Below, piece by piece: positions 1 through 7,391 of a stretch of DNA of 17,020 bases; the stretch's first letter is position 1, and every line of letters begins with the position of its first letter. The notes beneath the pieces were generated by a model. It made no database searches. It was not told where the DNA came from and saw only the letters and a program-made list of their open reading frames with translations. Both the position numbers and the translations under genes were made by a program. Source of the DNA: a virus; the IMG/VR virus record IMGVR_UViG_3300045988_053285, positions 1 through 17,020 of that record; one strand, given 5' to 3'.

Positions 1-20
1 GTAAAAAATAGACCCCCCTT
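1..20. repeat. Left inverted terminal repeat (ITR) of a linear protein-primed genome
   Basis: Bases 1-20 (GTAAAAAATAGACCCCCCTT) are the exact reverse complement of 17001-17020. Five of the next seven positions also match (23-27 vs 16994-16998). The repeat starts at base 1 and ends at the last base of the window. Confidence 0.95.
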
Positions 21-49
21 ACCAGTTGCACTACAAAAGGCACATCCGT

Positions 50-93
50 TATATATTAAATCTGTCACCAACACAACAAGTATTGGTGACAGA
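50..93 (-). terminator. Intrinsic terminator closing the structural (late) operon
   Basis: Perfect 11-bp stem (61-71 TCTGTCACCAA / 83-93 TTGGTGACAGA) with an 11-nt loop, 7 nt after the stop of the last late gene (100-102). On the minus strand it is followed by UUUAAUAUAU. Confidence 0.6.
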
Positions 94-99
94 TTATCA

Positions 100-2340
100 T
101 CAATCAATGCCAAACATTTTGAGACGTTCCTGTACTAAGTGAGCCACATATTTCTGTCCTTTTTCATTGAAATGAACGCTATCACTAAGTAATGATGGAG
201 GGATTTTTCCTGCATTAATGTTAGCAGTATCGTTTGATGTTGGGGTTATGCTGTTGTAAGACAAACCGTATTTTACAATGGAATCATGTAAACTAATGTA
301 TCTACTTCCGAACTCTTTCAAGGCAAGAGTATCTAATGTGTGAATTTTATCTAGCGCACCATCGAAAGAGTCCCATGTTAATCCGATAAGAATGCAATTA
401 GGATACACTTTTTTAGCTTTTTTCCATCCGTTAAAAATGTCATCTGTGTTACCATCTAAATTGTTAGTTCCGCACCAGATAACATAAAATGAAAAATCTG
501 TGTTTGCAATGTTACAAATGAAAGGTTCGCCGAAGTAATTAAAAGGTTCACTTAAATTATCCACAGTGTATGTATTTTTTGTTCTTTTAATATCAAAAGT
601 GTGGTTGTTAACAGATACAGGATTAGTATTACCATAGTCCTGTAAGAACATACCGCTTTGTGAAAGTTCCAGAACAGTACCGTTTGATATAGTTCCAGTA
701 TTATTAGCATAAAGTGTGTCAATATTTGTTCTTGCAAAAATTTTAGATATACCATCTCCACCAACTGCATACGTGTAAGTCTTAAAGTTATTTCCGCTAA
801 AGAATTGCATATAATTTTGCGCTGTTAAACTGTCACCAATAAAAGCACAATTCACATAAATCTTAGGTGAAGCTGTAGTACCTTTAACCAAAGCAATGCT
901 AATTTTGTCAATAACACTTGGTGTAAGAGATTCACTGTATGGTATCTCCATTGCGATAATAGTAACAGCAGATGGAGAACCCTTTTTTCTCACAAAGTTA
1001 ATTGTATTAACACCGGGAGTGAGAACATTCATATCACTAGTAAAAGAATTTGAAAATACCTCTCCACTGTCCATTGCATACACAGTGAGATTAACTGGAA
1101 CAGGTGTATAAACAAGTGCTCTGTATTCAGTAGTGAAATTTGAGATGTCAGTGATGTGCGTAGTCAGTTCATAACCTATAACGCCGCTAGTTGCATCTTT
1201 TAAAGACGAATTACTCTCCACAAATTTAGGCTTACCGTCAAAACTTCCGTTAGTAATTACTTCGTTGTACGCATTATTAACGAACTGAGAGTAGCGTCTA
1301 CCGAAAGGCTGTTTTGCGTTAATAGTGTCAATTATTCCACTGTAATCAATATTCTTTGAGAATACAGTTAATTTACGTGAAGCTGTAGTACCTTTAACCA
1401 AAGCAATGCTAATTTTGTCAATAACACTTGGTGTAAGAGATTCACTGTATGGTATCTCCATTGCGATAATAGTAACAGCAGATGGAGAACCCTTTTTTCT
1501 CACAAAGTTAATTGTATTAACACCGGGAGTGAGAACATTCATATCACTAGTAAAAGAATTTGAAAATACCTCTCCACTGTCCATTGCATACACAGTGAGA
1601 TTAACTGGAACAGGTGTATAAACAAGTGCTCTGTATTCAGTAGTGAAATTTGAGATGTCAGTGATGTGCGTAGTCAGTTCATAACCTATAACGCCGCTAG
1701 TTGCATCTTTTAAAGACGAATTACTCTCCACAAATTTAGGCTTACCGTCAAAACTTCCGTTAGTAATTACTTCGTTGTACGCATTATTAACGAACTGAGA
1801 GTAGCGTCTACCGAAAGGCTGTTTTGCGTTAATAGTGTCAACCCAGGAAGCATAATCTACATTGATAGGGTACAGACCATTGATACCATAAGCAATTCCA
1901 GAATCTTTCCAGCTTGCATCATAGTAATATAGATGACCGTCACTTTTCAATACATAAATTTTCTTAGTATCAGTCATATCAGAGACGCTATCAACGAAAA
2001 CGGGCGCTACCTGCACATACGGTGCTATAATTGTAGACAGTGAGCCATCACTAGCCATCTTATCCAGCTTATTATTAATCTCTTTCTGTACGTCCAGATT
2101 ATCAAAATAATCGTTGACATACGACTGTAACTCTACATAAGCTGTGTGCAGGCTAACTACATCACCGTGCAAAGTTTCAACATCATGCATTGTTTTGTTC
2201 AGATAGTCCACGACCTTGCAAAGTAACTCATAATAACTCAGTGAGTCATCATACACAAGAGGTAAAACTTTCTGACACCAATAACGAAACGGTGTGAGTT
2301 CCGTGTATTCCCCTAAGTTTGGTGTATTATTTATACTCAT
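100..2340 (-). CDS. Tail appendage / receptor-binding protein: N-terminal anchor, two identical CBM-like modules, C-terminal SGNH (GDSL) esterase
   Basis: 746-aa ORF with RBS AAAGGAGA upstream of the ATG at 2340. It is the last gene of the structural block, the position of phi29 gp12. The N-terminal motif (DDSLSYYELLCKVVDYLN) is typical of Firmicute phage fibre/appendage N-termini (recollection). The C-terminal 255 aa carries all SGNH blocks: FIGDSLT (GDS encoded at 829-837), AVGGDG, WCGTNN, DSVHFN. Confidence 0.8.
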   Translation of the reverse strand: MSINNTPNLGEYTELTPFRYWCQKVLPLVYDDSLSYYELLCKVVDYLNKTMHDVETLHGDVVSLHTAYVELQSYVNDYFDNLDVQKEINNKLDKMASDGSLSTIIAPYVQVAPVFVDSVSDMTDTKKIYVLKSDGHLYYYDASWKDSGIAYGINGLYPINVDYASWVDTINAKQPFGRRYSQFVNNAYNEVITNGSFDGKPKFVESNSSLKDATSGVIGYELTTHITDISNFTTEYRALVYTPVPVNLTVYAMDSGEVFSNSFTSDMNVLTPGVNTINFVRKKGSPSAVTIIAMEIPYSESLTPSVIDKISIALVKGTTASRKLTVFSKNIDYSGIIDTINAKQPFGRRYSQFVNNAYNEVITNGSFDGKPKFVESNSSLKDATSGVIGYELTTHITDISNFTTEYRALVYTPVPVNLTVYAMDSGEVFSNSFTSDMNVLTPGVNTINFVRKKGSPSAVTIIAMEIPYSESLTPSVIDKISIALVKGTTASPKIYVNCAFIGDSLTAQNYMQFFSGNNFKTYTYAVGGDGISKIFARTNIDTLYANNTGTISNGTVLELSQSGMFLQDYGNTNPVSVNNHTFDIKRTKNTYTVDNLSEPFNYFGEPFICNIANTDFSFYVIWCGTNNLDGNTDDIFNGWKKAKKVYPNCILIGLTWDSFDGALDKIHTLDTLALKEFGSRYISLHDSIVKYGLSYNSITPTSNDTANINAGKIPPSLLSDSVHFNEKGQKYVAHLVQERLKMFGID
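867..1331. repeat. Direct repeat copy 1 (465 bp, 100% identical to 1377-1841), inside the appendage gene
   Basis: Block-by-block comparison shows 867-1331 equals 1377-1841 with no mismatch (period 510 bp). It encodes protein residues about 337-491 (DTINAKQPFGRRY...ALVKGTTAS). Confidence 0.97.
1377..1841. repeat. Direct repeat copy 2 (465 bp), inside the appendage gene
   Basis: Identical to 867-1331. It is separated from copy 1 by a unique 45-bp in-frame linker (1332-1376, RKLTVFSKNIDYSGI). It encodes residues about 167-321. Confidence 0.97.
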
Positions 2341-2354
2341 ATGTTATCTCCTTT

Positions 2355-3143
2355 CTACCATAACATAAAGAACAGGTCTTTCAGTTCATCCATAATCATC
2401 TGGTCAATGTTAAGCATTGAGTCTCGATACTCAATCAGCATCTTAGAGTAAGAACTACCACTACGCTTACCCTGTATGTGTTCCGTATAGTCTTTCAAGG
2501 AACTATATCCTCCACTACTATTAGTGTCACTAGTCCCAGCATTCACCTGTGTACCAGTATTGTCAACTTTCTGAGTACCTGTATCAGATGAATTAACCTC
2601 ATCGGTGATATTTCTAGCGTCTGTCAGATACTCGCCACTTTCAACACCAGTTAGTGCTCCCTGTGGTGTGTCGGAAAACTTGTTCCACTGATTACTTTCA
2701 TCTGTGTGCTTCAAGTCATCTGTGCGTAAGCTACTCAGATTGTCCGTTCTTGTGTTGATATCCTCACCATGAAGTGTTGAGTTGTTAGTTCCATCATCTT
2801 TTAGTGTGTGCGTAGTGTTCAAGTCTACATCATACAGAGGATTGAACTCAAGTGTTGCACTTTTATACAACTGATTGTAGTACGGCATAATCATGTTCAT
2901 ACGTTCAGTCAGCCACATCTTCCATATACCAGCCGTTTCAGACGCAATTTCACGGAGATAAAAGTGTTTCAGAATTTTACAACATAGCACTTTTCTATAT
3001 GACTCATCGTAGATCGGAAAGTCACCAAAAATTTTGTCCCAGCTTTTTTCAAGAATAGCATCTACATTAGACGCGCCCTGACTTTCAGAATATCCAGCTT
3101 CTCTTTCGCATATGAATCTTACTTCGGTTGTGTATTTACTCAT
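2355..3143 (-). CDS. Lower collar / tail tube protein (phi29 gp11-like by position)
   Basis: 262 aa from the ATG at 3143, with RBS GGTGGTGAG and an ATGAGTAA overlap with the portal stop. The ORF-track start at 3233 lies inside the portal gene and lacks an RBS. Placement directly after the portal and the size match phi29 gp11. No diagnostic motif was recognised. Confidence 0.6.
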   Translation of the reverse strand: MSKYTTEVRFICEREAGYSESQGASNVDAILEKSWDKIFGDFPIYDESYRKVLCCKILKHFYLREIASETAGIWKMWLTERMNMIMPYYNQLYKSATLEFNPLYDVDLNTTHTLKDDGTNNSTLHGEDINTRTDNLSSLRTDDLKHTDESNQWNKFSDTPQGALTGVESGEYLTDARNITDEVNSSDTGTQKVDNTGTQVNAGTSDTNSSGGYSSLKDYTEHIQGKRSGSSYSKMLIEYRDSMLNIDQMIMDELKDLFFMLW

Positions 3144-4020
3144 CAGTCTCACCACCCTCTCCGTAGTTATCCACATCTTCCACTTTTGGAATCTGGTAGT
3201 CCTGTCGATATTCAACCGTGATGTTTGTGCCAAACATCTGATTAATTTTATTTGCGGCAGTACGTCTGCTTTCCAGTCTGGAATAACGAGACGCTACGAC
3301 TCCACCCTGGTTTCGTGTTACTTCGTCCGTAATCAATCGTTCTTTTTTCTGCGTATTGATATTACTGATACCGAGTCTTGTTAATGCTTCGTTCCAATAC
3401 TGTGTTTTCAGTTCATAGATTTTATCAGCAACGAATGGTGCATTTGTTGTAACAGATCTAAGTGCAGATGGGTCGAGGTCATTGTCTCCAAAAATTACTG
3501 GTGCATTTCCGTCAAACTCTTTGTACACGTTAAGCAAAGAAAGTCTTTGTTTTTCTGTAGCACGTACCAGAACTGGCGTTTTCTGTGCATTTGCATTTAC
3601 GTCAATAATACGATCAAGATTGTATAATCGTTTTGCATAAATCATACAGTCTGTTACTGATGGTGTACGTAATAAGTTGTTATAGATAATAACACTGTCA
3701 GAGTTTGATAAAGTTTTATTATAGCCATTGTATCGTGAGTATGCTTTTCTTCTAGTCGGGTAGCCGTATACGTCAAAATTACCTGCTGGCAGACAAGATA
3801 AACATAACTGTGGCTTATTTTCCAGTTCTTCATCTTTAAACCAAACAGTTATACCAGATAAAAACAACTGCATTTCAAGATAGCGAACATCCACGCTTTC
3901 TGGTACGTTCCGCCACTCAAACATAGATACAGCCAGTTCAGACAGTACGCGTAGGTACTGCCCATATGTAGCTGTATTTCTTAAGATCGACTCGTCAAAA
4001 TTTGTTTTTCTTTTTCCCAT
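3136..4020 (-). CDS. Portal / upper collar connector protein (phi29 gp10-like)
   Basis: 294 aa from the ATG at 4020 (RBS TAGGAGA, 7-nt spacer); the TTG at 4026 is an alternative start. NANAQKTPVLVRATEKQRLSLLNVYKEFDGNAPVIF closely matches my recollection of phi29 gp10 (NQNAQKTPVLIRA...QLSLKQVYNQYEGNAPVIF), and the FEWRNVPESV region matches FEWENLP. Confidence 0.9.
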   Translation of the reverse strand: MGKRKTNFDESILRNTATYGQYLRVLSELAVSMFEWRNVPESVDVRYLEMQLFLSGITVWFKDEELENKPQLCLSCLPAGNFDVYGYPTRRKAYSRYNGYNKTLSNSDSVIIYNNLLRTPSVTDCMIYAKRLYNLDRIIDVNANAQKTPVLVRATEKQRLSLLNVYKEFDGNAPVIFGDNDLDPSALRSVTTNAPFVADKIYELKTQYWNEALTRLGISNINTQKKERLITDEVTRNQGGVVASRYSRLESRRTAANKINQMFGTNITVEYRQDYQIPKVEDVDNYGEGGETDE

Positions 4021-4031
4021 AGTCAAGTCTC

Positions 4032-5606
4032 CTAGTTTGTTGGTCTGTTATCAAGTGAATAATTACCGATCTCATCACCATTCATCCACCATGTAATACC
4101 ATTATTAAAGATGCTTACAATATCCCTAGCATCATCAGATGGTAATGAACCAGTGAGAACACAAGAAACTGTTTTGATAAAAGTCCAGTGCGGTCTTGCA
4201 TGCAAGTTTGGTGTCATCAGAGCATTCTGTGCATACCCATACATGGTAAAGAAGTCATCAATCAGTTTAGCAAATGTTGCGCGGACACACTGATGCTCAA
4301 AAGTAAACTGGACTTTACCCATCTGAGCGTTTAGTGAATCGCACTCAATCTGACCATGTACTTGTGGTGGTGTGTTTTCTAAATCCTGTTTCTTACCCAT
4401 AATAGCGTAAGCTTGATTGAACATATTTTGCTCACCCATAATAGCAGTTGTTGCGGCACTGTTTGATTTTCCATTCATAGCAGATGTTCCTACAGAAGCG
4501 ACGTTTGTCATTGCACTTGCAATCATTGCAGAGGTAACACTTCCTTTGTTCTGCGCCCACCATGCTTTCCATGCATCACCAGACCACGCTATGGTCGGAA
4601 AGTTTGATAGGACAAGACCACGGTCATAGTTTTTGTCCATACCCATATAATTGTTTGGATAAAGGATGACGGTTGGTGTTGTAACAATAGCACCAGCCAG
4701 TGTAAAATTTACAAGCGACTGAGAATCATCAGAGTATTTGAACTGTTCCCACCTGTATTCTGCGCGACTTCCAGCATTGTTTGATAGGACAAGTTTGCAG
4801 AATGGATAAGAAAAAAGCTTTCGATTCTTCACATCATATCCATCTATTTGCGTGATATTGTTGTAAACAGGAACAGTTTTTTCGTGCAAACCACCCGAGT
4901 TGTCTTGAGATTCTCCATCTTCGTCAAGAAACGATGGGTATTGGAACGCTGATATGATGGAATCTTCTTTTCCATTGTCTATCCAATTCTTAATTTCCGT
5001 TGTTACGGATGCAGAATCTAAAGCACGGATTCCAGACTCAAGTCCGAGTCCACAAAATATTTTACCACGCGTTTTTGCATCAGCCGTAGTGCCATCTGCT
5101 CTCTGTGAGTAGTAAAGACCGATTGACATAGTGTTTAAGTCAACCACTGTTTTTTTCTCTACTGTGTAATCACCTAAATCAAGATTTTCTGGAACTAGAT
5201 TTTCAAAGTACCGATCACTTTCACTATGCTGTCTCTCAACAAAACACTGTCCTAGTGTAAAGTCAAACAGCCACGACTGCAATACGTCAATCTGATAAGA
5301 CACAATAGATGTAACATTGTTCACATACTCGATTGAAGTAATAAACGCGTAGAACCACTTGTTTCCATAAGCTGTGTTCTGAAACATCAGATAGTTGCAA
5401 TCGTAGATTTCATCAGCCAGAACAGCGACTTTCATTGTGTTACGTGTGTGACGCTGATAGGTGTTTCTTGTGAAAGTACGTTTCTGTTTACTGATAAAGT
5501 AGCTGACCTGCTTTGCTTCGGAGTCAAAGTAGATCGTGTGGTCGTAGGTCGGTTCAAGCGGAACTGTGTGTAATAAACGTATAGTTGTGTTTGGATAAAT
5601 ATACAT
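4032..5606 (-). CDS. Tail knob / distal tail tube protein (phi29 gp9-like)
   Basis: 524 aa with RBS AAGGAG. YLMFQNTAYGNKWFYAFITSIEYVNN...YQIDVLQSWLFDF matches the conserved N-terminal region of phi29 gp9 as I recall it (YIMFQNADYGNKWFYAFVT...EIDVLQTWMFD). It sits between capsid and portal as in phi29. Confidence 0.85.
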   Translation of the reverse strand: MYIYPNTTIRLLHTVPLEPTYDHTIYFDSEAKQVSYFISKQKRTFTRNTYQRHTRNTMKVAVLADEIYDCNYLMFQNTAYGNKWFYAFITSIEYVNNVTSIVSYQIDVLQSWLFDFTLGQCFVERQHSESDRYFENLVPENLDLGDYTVEKKTVVDLNTMSIGLYYSQRADGTTADAKTRGKIFCGLGLESGIRALDSASVTTEIKNWIDNGKEDSIISAFQYPSFLDEDGESQDNSGGLHEKTVPVYNNITQIDGYDVKNRKLFSYPFCKLVLSNNAGSRAEYRWEQFKYSDDSQSLVNFTLAGAIVTTPTVILYPNNYMGMDKNYDRGLVLSNFPTIAWSGDAWKAWWAQNKGSVTSAMIASAMTNVASVGTSAMNGKSNSAATTAIMGEQNMFNQAYAIMGKKQDLENTPPQVHGQIECDSLNAQMGKVQFTFEHQCVRATFAKLIDDFFTMYGYAQNALMTPNLHARPHWTFIKTVSCVLTGSLPSDDARDIVSIFNNGITWWMNGDEIGNYSLDNRPTN

Positions 5607-5625
5607 AAACTACTCCTTTTTCAAG

Positions 5626-5654
5626 ACGCTACCATCTATTACAGATGGTAGCGT
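5626..5654 (-). promoter_or_regulatory. Stable stem-loop immediately downstream of the capsid gene (mRNA stabiliser or partial terminator)
   Basis: 11-12 bp perfect stem (5626-5636 ACGCTACCATC / 5644-5654 GATGGTAGCGT), about 10 nt after the capsid stop codon (5665-5667). No U-tract follows on the minus strand, so it is not a canonical terminator. Confidence 0.5.
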
Positions 5655-5664
5655 ATAGTCAAAA

Positions 5665-7077
5665 TCATCCAATCTTATTCAGTACAACTTTTGAACCAAC
5701 CGCTGAATCAGAATTAATTAGTGTATCCGTGGCATACTTTACGCCGTTAATAACCATCGTCAGTGTAACTTTCTTAGCCGACGAGGATGCAGGAATCATA
5801 ATAGCACCATACGGAAGAATGGCGATACCATCAGTTGTTGCCTGTTCGGTCTGCTTGAACTGATATGTTCCCTGTACAAGCGTAGCTGTATCATCCTGCA
5901 CACCGAGTGTAAATACTGTTGCAACGTCACTGGTATCTTTTCCAGTAATTTCAACTGTGTAAGAATCTTTCGGTGCGATTTCAGCCGTATCGGTAACAAA
6001 CACGATTGCATTTGAAAACGGAGAACTGGAAATAGTTTTCCAAACATGGTAGAAATAATTCCAGTACATTCCAGACGCACAATACTGTTCGGTGAATTTT
6101 GCGTTGTTATCGTAAACCTGGAACCAATCTGTATCAATCAGAACCGCCTTTACGTTTTTCATGATAGCCAGTTCATCTGCGGTTACCTCTTCAAGTCCGT
6201 CAGAGTTCTCACGGATAACATCGAACCGTTCATTGTCAAATGAAGTCCAGTCGTCAATCAGATGAAGCGCGCCTGTGTAAGTTGCTTTGTCCATATTGAA
6301 CGCGGCGGCAAGAACACCAACGTCGTATTTAGCATTAAACCAACTGTCCATAAAGATAGCCTGGTTTTCACGCGGTGTGGTGGTACGCACACCAGAAGCG
6401 TTGTACTTTGTTTTCATGAAAGTAAGATCATTCGAAGCACCGCGAAACGTAGCACCAGCTTCTTCCAGATTAGTGCCAGAACCGATGGACATTGGAAACA
6501 TTTTTCCATGTGATACACCCTTAATGAGCAGATACTTGAACAGCAGAAACTCGTCATACTCAGCAGCCTTGTAAACAGATTCTACGATTTTAGCAACTAA
6601 ATCCTGTACACCGGATTCAGCTAAGAAAGCAAGACGTAAATCTTCGTCCTGTATTGTTACCGGATACATAACGCGCCAGTTCATCGTGTGGAATGCGGTT
6701 TTTACATCTGGAAGTGTACGCTTAAATTCGCGCGCCGCTCCTTTTTCTGGCGTGTAATCAACAACCTTTGCAATCTGCACAAAGATTTCTTCGACGGTTT
6801 CACCGAACTCAAGATAACCTTTTTTGAGTGATGCATACGGGTTGTTGAATGTAGCACTTTTTGCCATTACAAGCGCGATACGGTTGACAAGCGCGTTAAT
6901 GTACTGGTTAGCAAAAGCTGGGGTACCACAGATTACTTCACCGACTTTCGGAATGTCGCTTGCTTTAGCGACAACTGGCACAGACTGCTGATAATCATAG
7001 GATGCATTCTGGCGAATAACATTCATGATGTCAAGCGTTGATGCCTGCAAGGTTGATTTTGCAATTCTTCTAGGCAT
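5665..7077 (-). CDS. Major capsid protein (phi29 gp8-like) with C-terminal Ig-like extension
   Basis: 470 aa; the RBS TAGGAGG overlaps the scaffold stop. LIDTDWFQVYDNNAKF...GMYWNYFYHVWKTISSSPFSNAIVFV matches the phi29 gp8 core as I recall it (LVDKDWFMVYDN...[26 protein letters not shown]). A further ~100 aa, beta-rich tail occupies the place of the phi29 BIG2 domain. Confidence 0.9.
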   Translation of the reverse strand: MPRRIAKSTLQASTLDIMNVIRQNASYDYQQSVPVVAKASDIPKVGEVICGTPAFANQYINALVNRIALVMAKSATFNNPYASLKKGYLEFGETVEEIFVQIAKVVDYTPEKGAAREFKRTLPDVKTAFHTMNWRVMYPVTIQDEDLRLAFLAESGVQDLVAKIVESVYKAAEYDEFLLFKYLLIKGVSHGKMFPMSIGSGTNLEEAGATFRGASNDLTFMKTKYNASGVRTTTPRENQAIFMDSWFNAKYDVGVLAAAFNMDKATYTGALHLIDDWTSFDNERFDVIRENSDGLEEVTADELAIMKNVKAVLIDTDWFQVYDNNAKFTEQYCASGMYWNYFYHVWKTISSSPFSNAIVFVTDTAEIAPKDSYTVEITGKDTSDVATVFTLGVQDDTATLVQGTYQFKQTEQATTDGIAILPYGAIMIPASSSAKKVTLTMVINGVKYATDTLINSDSAVGSKVVLNKIG

Positions 7078-7089
7078 TTCTATTTCCTC

Positions 7090-7380
7090 CTATTCTGTCT
7101 TGAAAAGACTTTCATATGTTAATGGTTTTGGTGAATCGGAATCATCTTCGGTTGTATCTGGTTCCGGTTCATCGTTACCGCTAAAACGGTCAGTATAACG
7201 CTTGCGCCATGCCTTGTCATTTTCTTCATACTTTGTTTTCCAGTCCTCTGCTGACTTTGCATTAAGATCAGAAAACGTGTCTGATACATCTTCCAACATG
7301 GCAAGCTGTGTATCGTCTGGCGACTCACCAAAAGAAGATTTCAGTGCGTCAATAATTTCCTGTGTAGTTCTTACTGCCAT
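7090..7380 (-). CDS. Scaffolding protein (phi29 gp7-like by position and composition)
   Basis: 96 aa from the ATG at 7380 with a strong RBS (AAGGAGA). The ORF-track start at 7419 is a TTG without an RBS. The protein is small, acidic, probably helical, and lies directly upstream of the capsid gene. Confidence 0.6.
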   Translation of the reverse strand: MAVRTTQEIIDALKSSFGESPDDTQLAMLEDVSDTFSDLNAKSAEDWKTKYEENDKAWRKRYTDRFSGNDEPEPDTTEDDSDSPKPLTYESLFKTE

Positions 7381-7391
7381 AATGATTCTCC

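Noticed and set aside
896-1621. Two identical 71-aa plus-strand ORFs (896-1111 and 1406-1621).
   Set aside because: They are antisense shadows of the 465-bp duplication inside the appendage gene. They have no RBS and lie entirely inside a well-supported minus-strand CDS.
5645-6574. Nested and antisense ORFs within the capsid gene (5645-5863, 5796-6137, 6046-6243, 6262-6513, 6287-6574).
   Set aside because: All lie inside the capsid CDS, whose homology is strong. None has a Shine-Dalgarno site, and their compositions look like frame artefacts. The same reasoning applies to 552-770, 3112-3384, 4111-4293, 4417-4629, 7119-7331, 7202-7399, 8123-8335, 8626-8823, 8685-8987, 10028-10231, 11165-11362, 11452-11703, 12604-12910, 13409-13904, 14213-14458 and 15372-15569.
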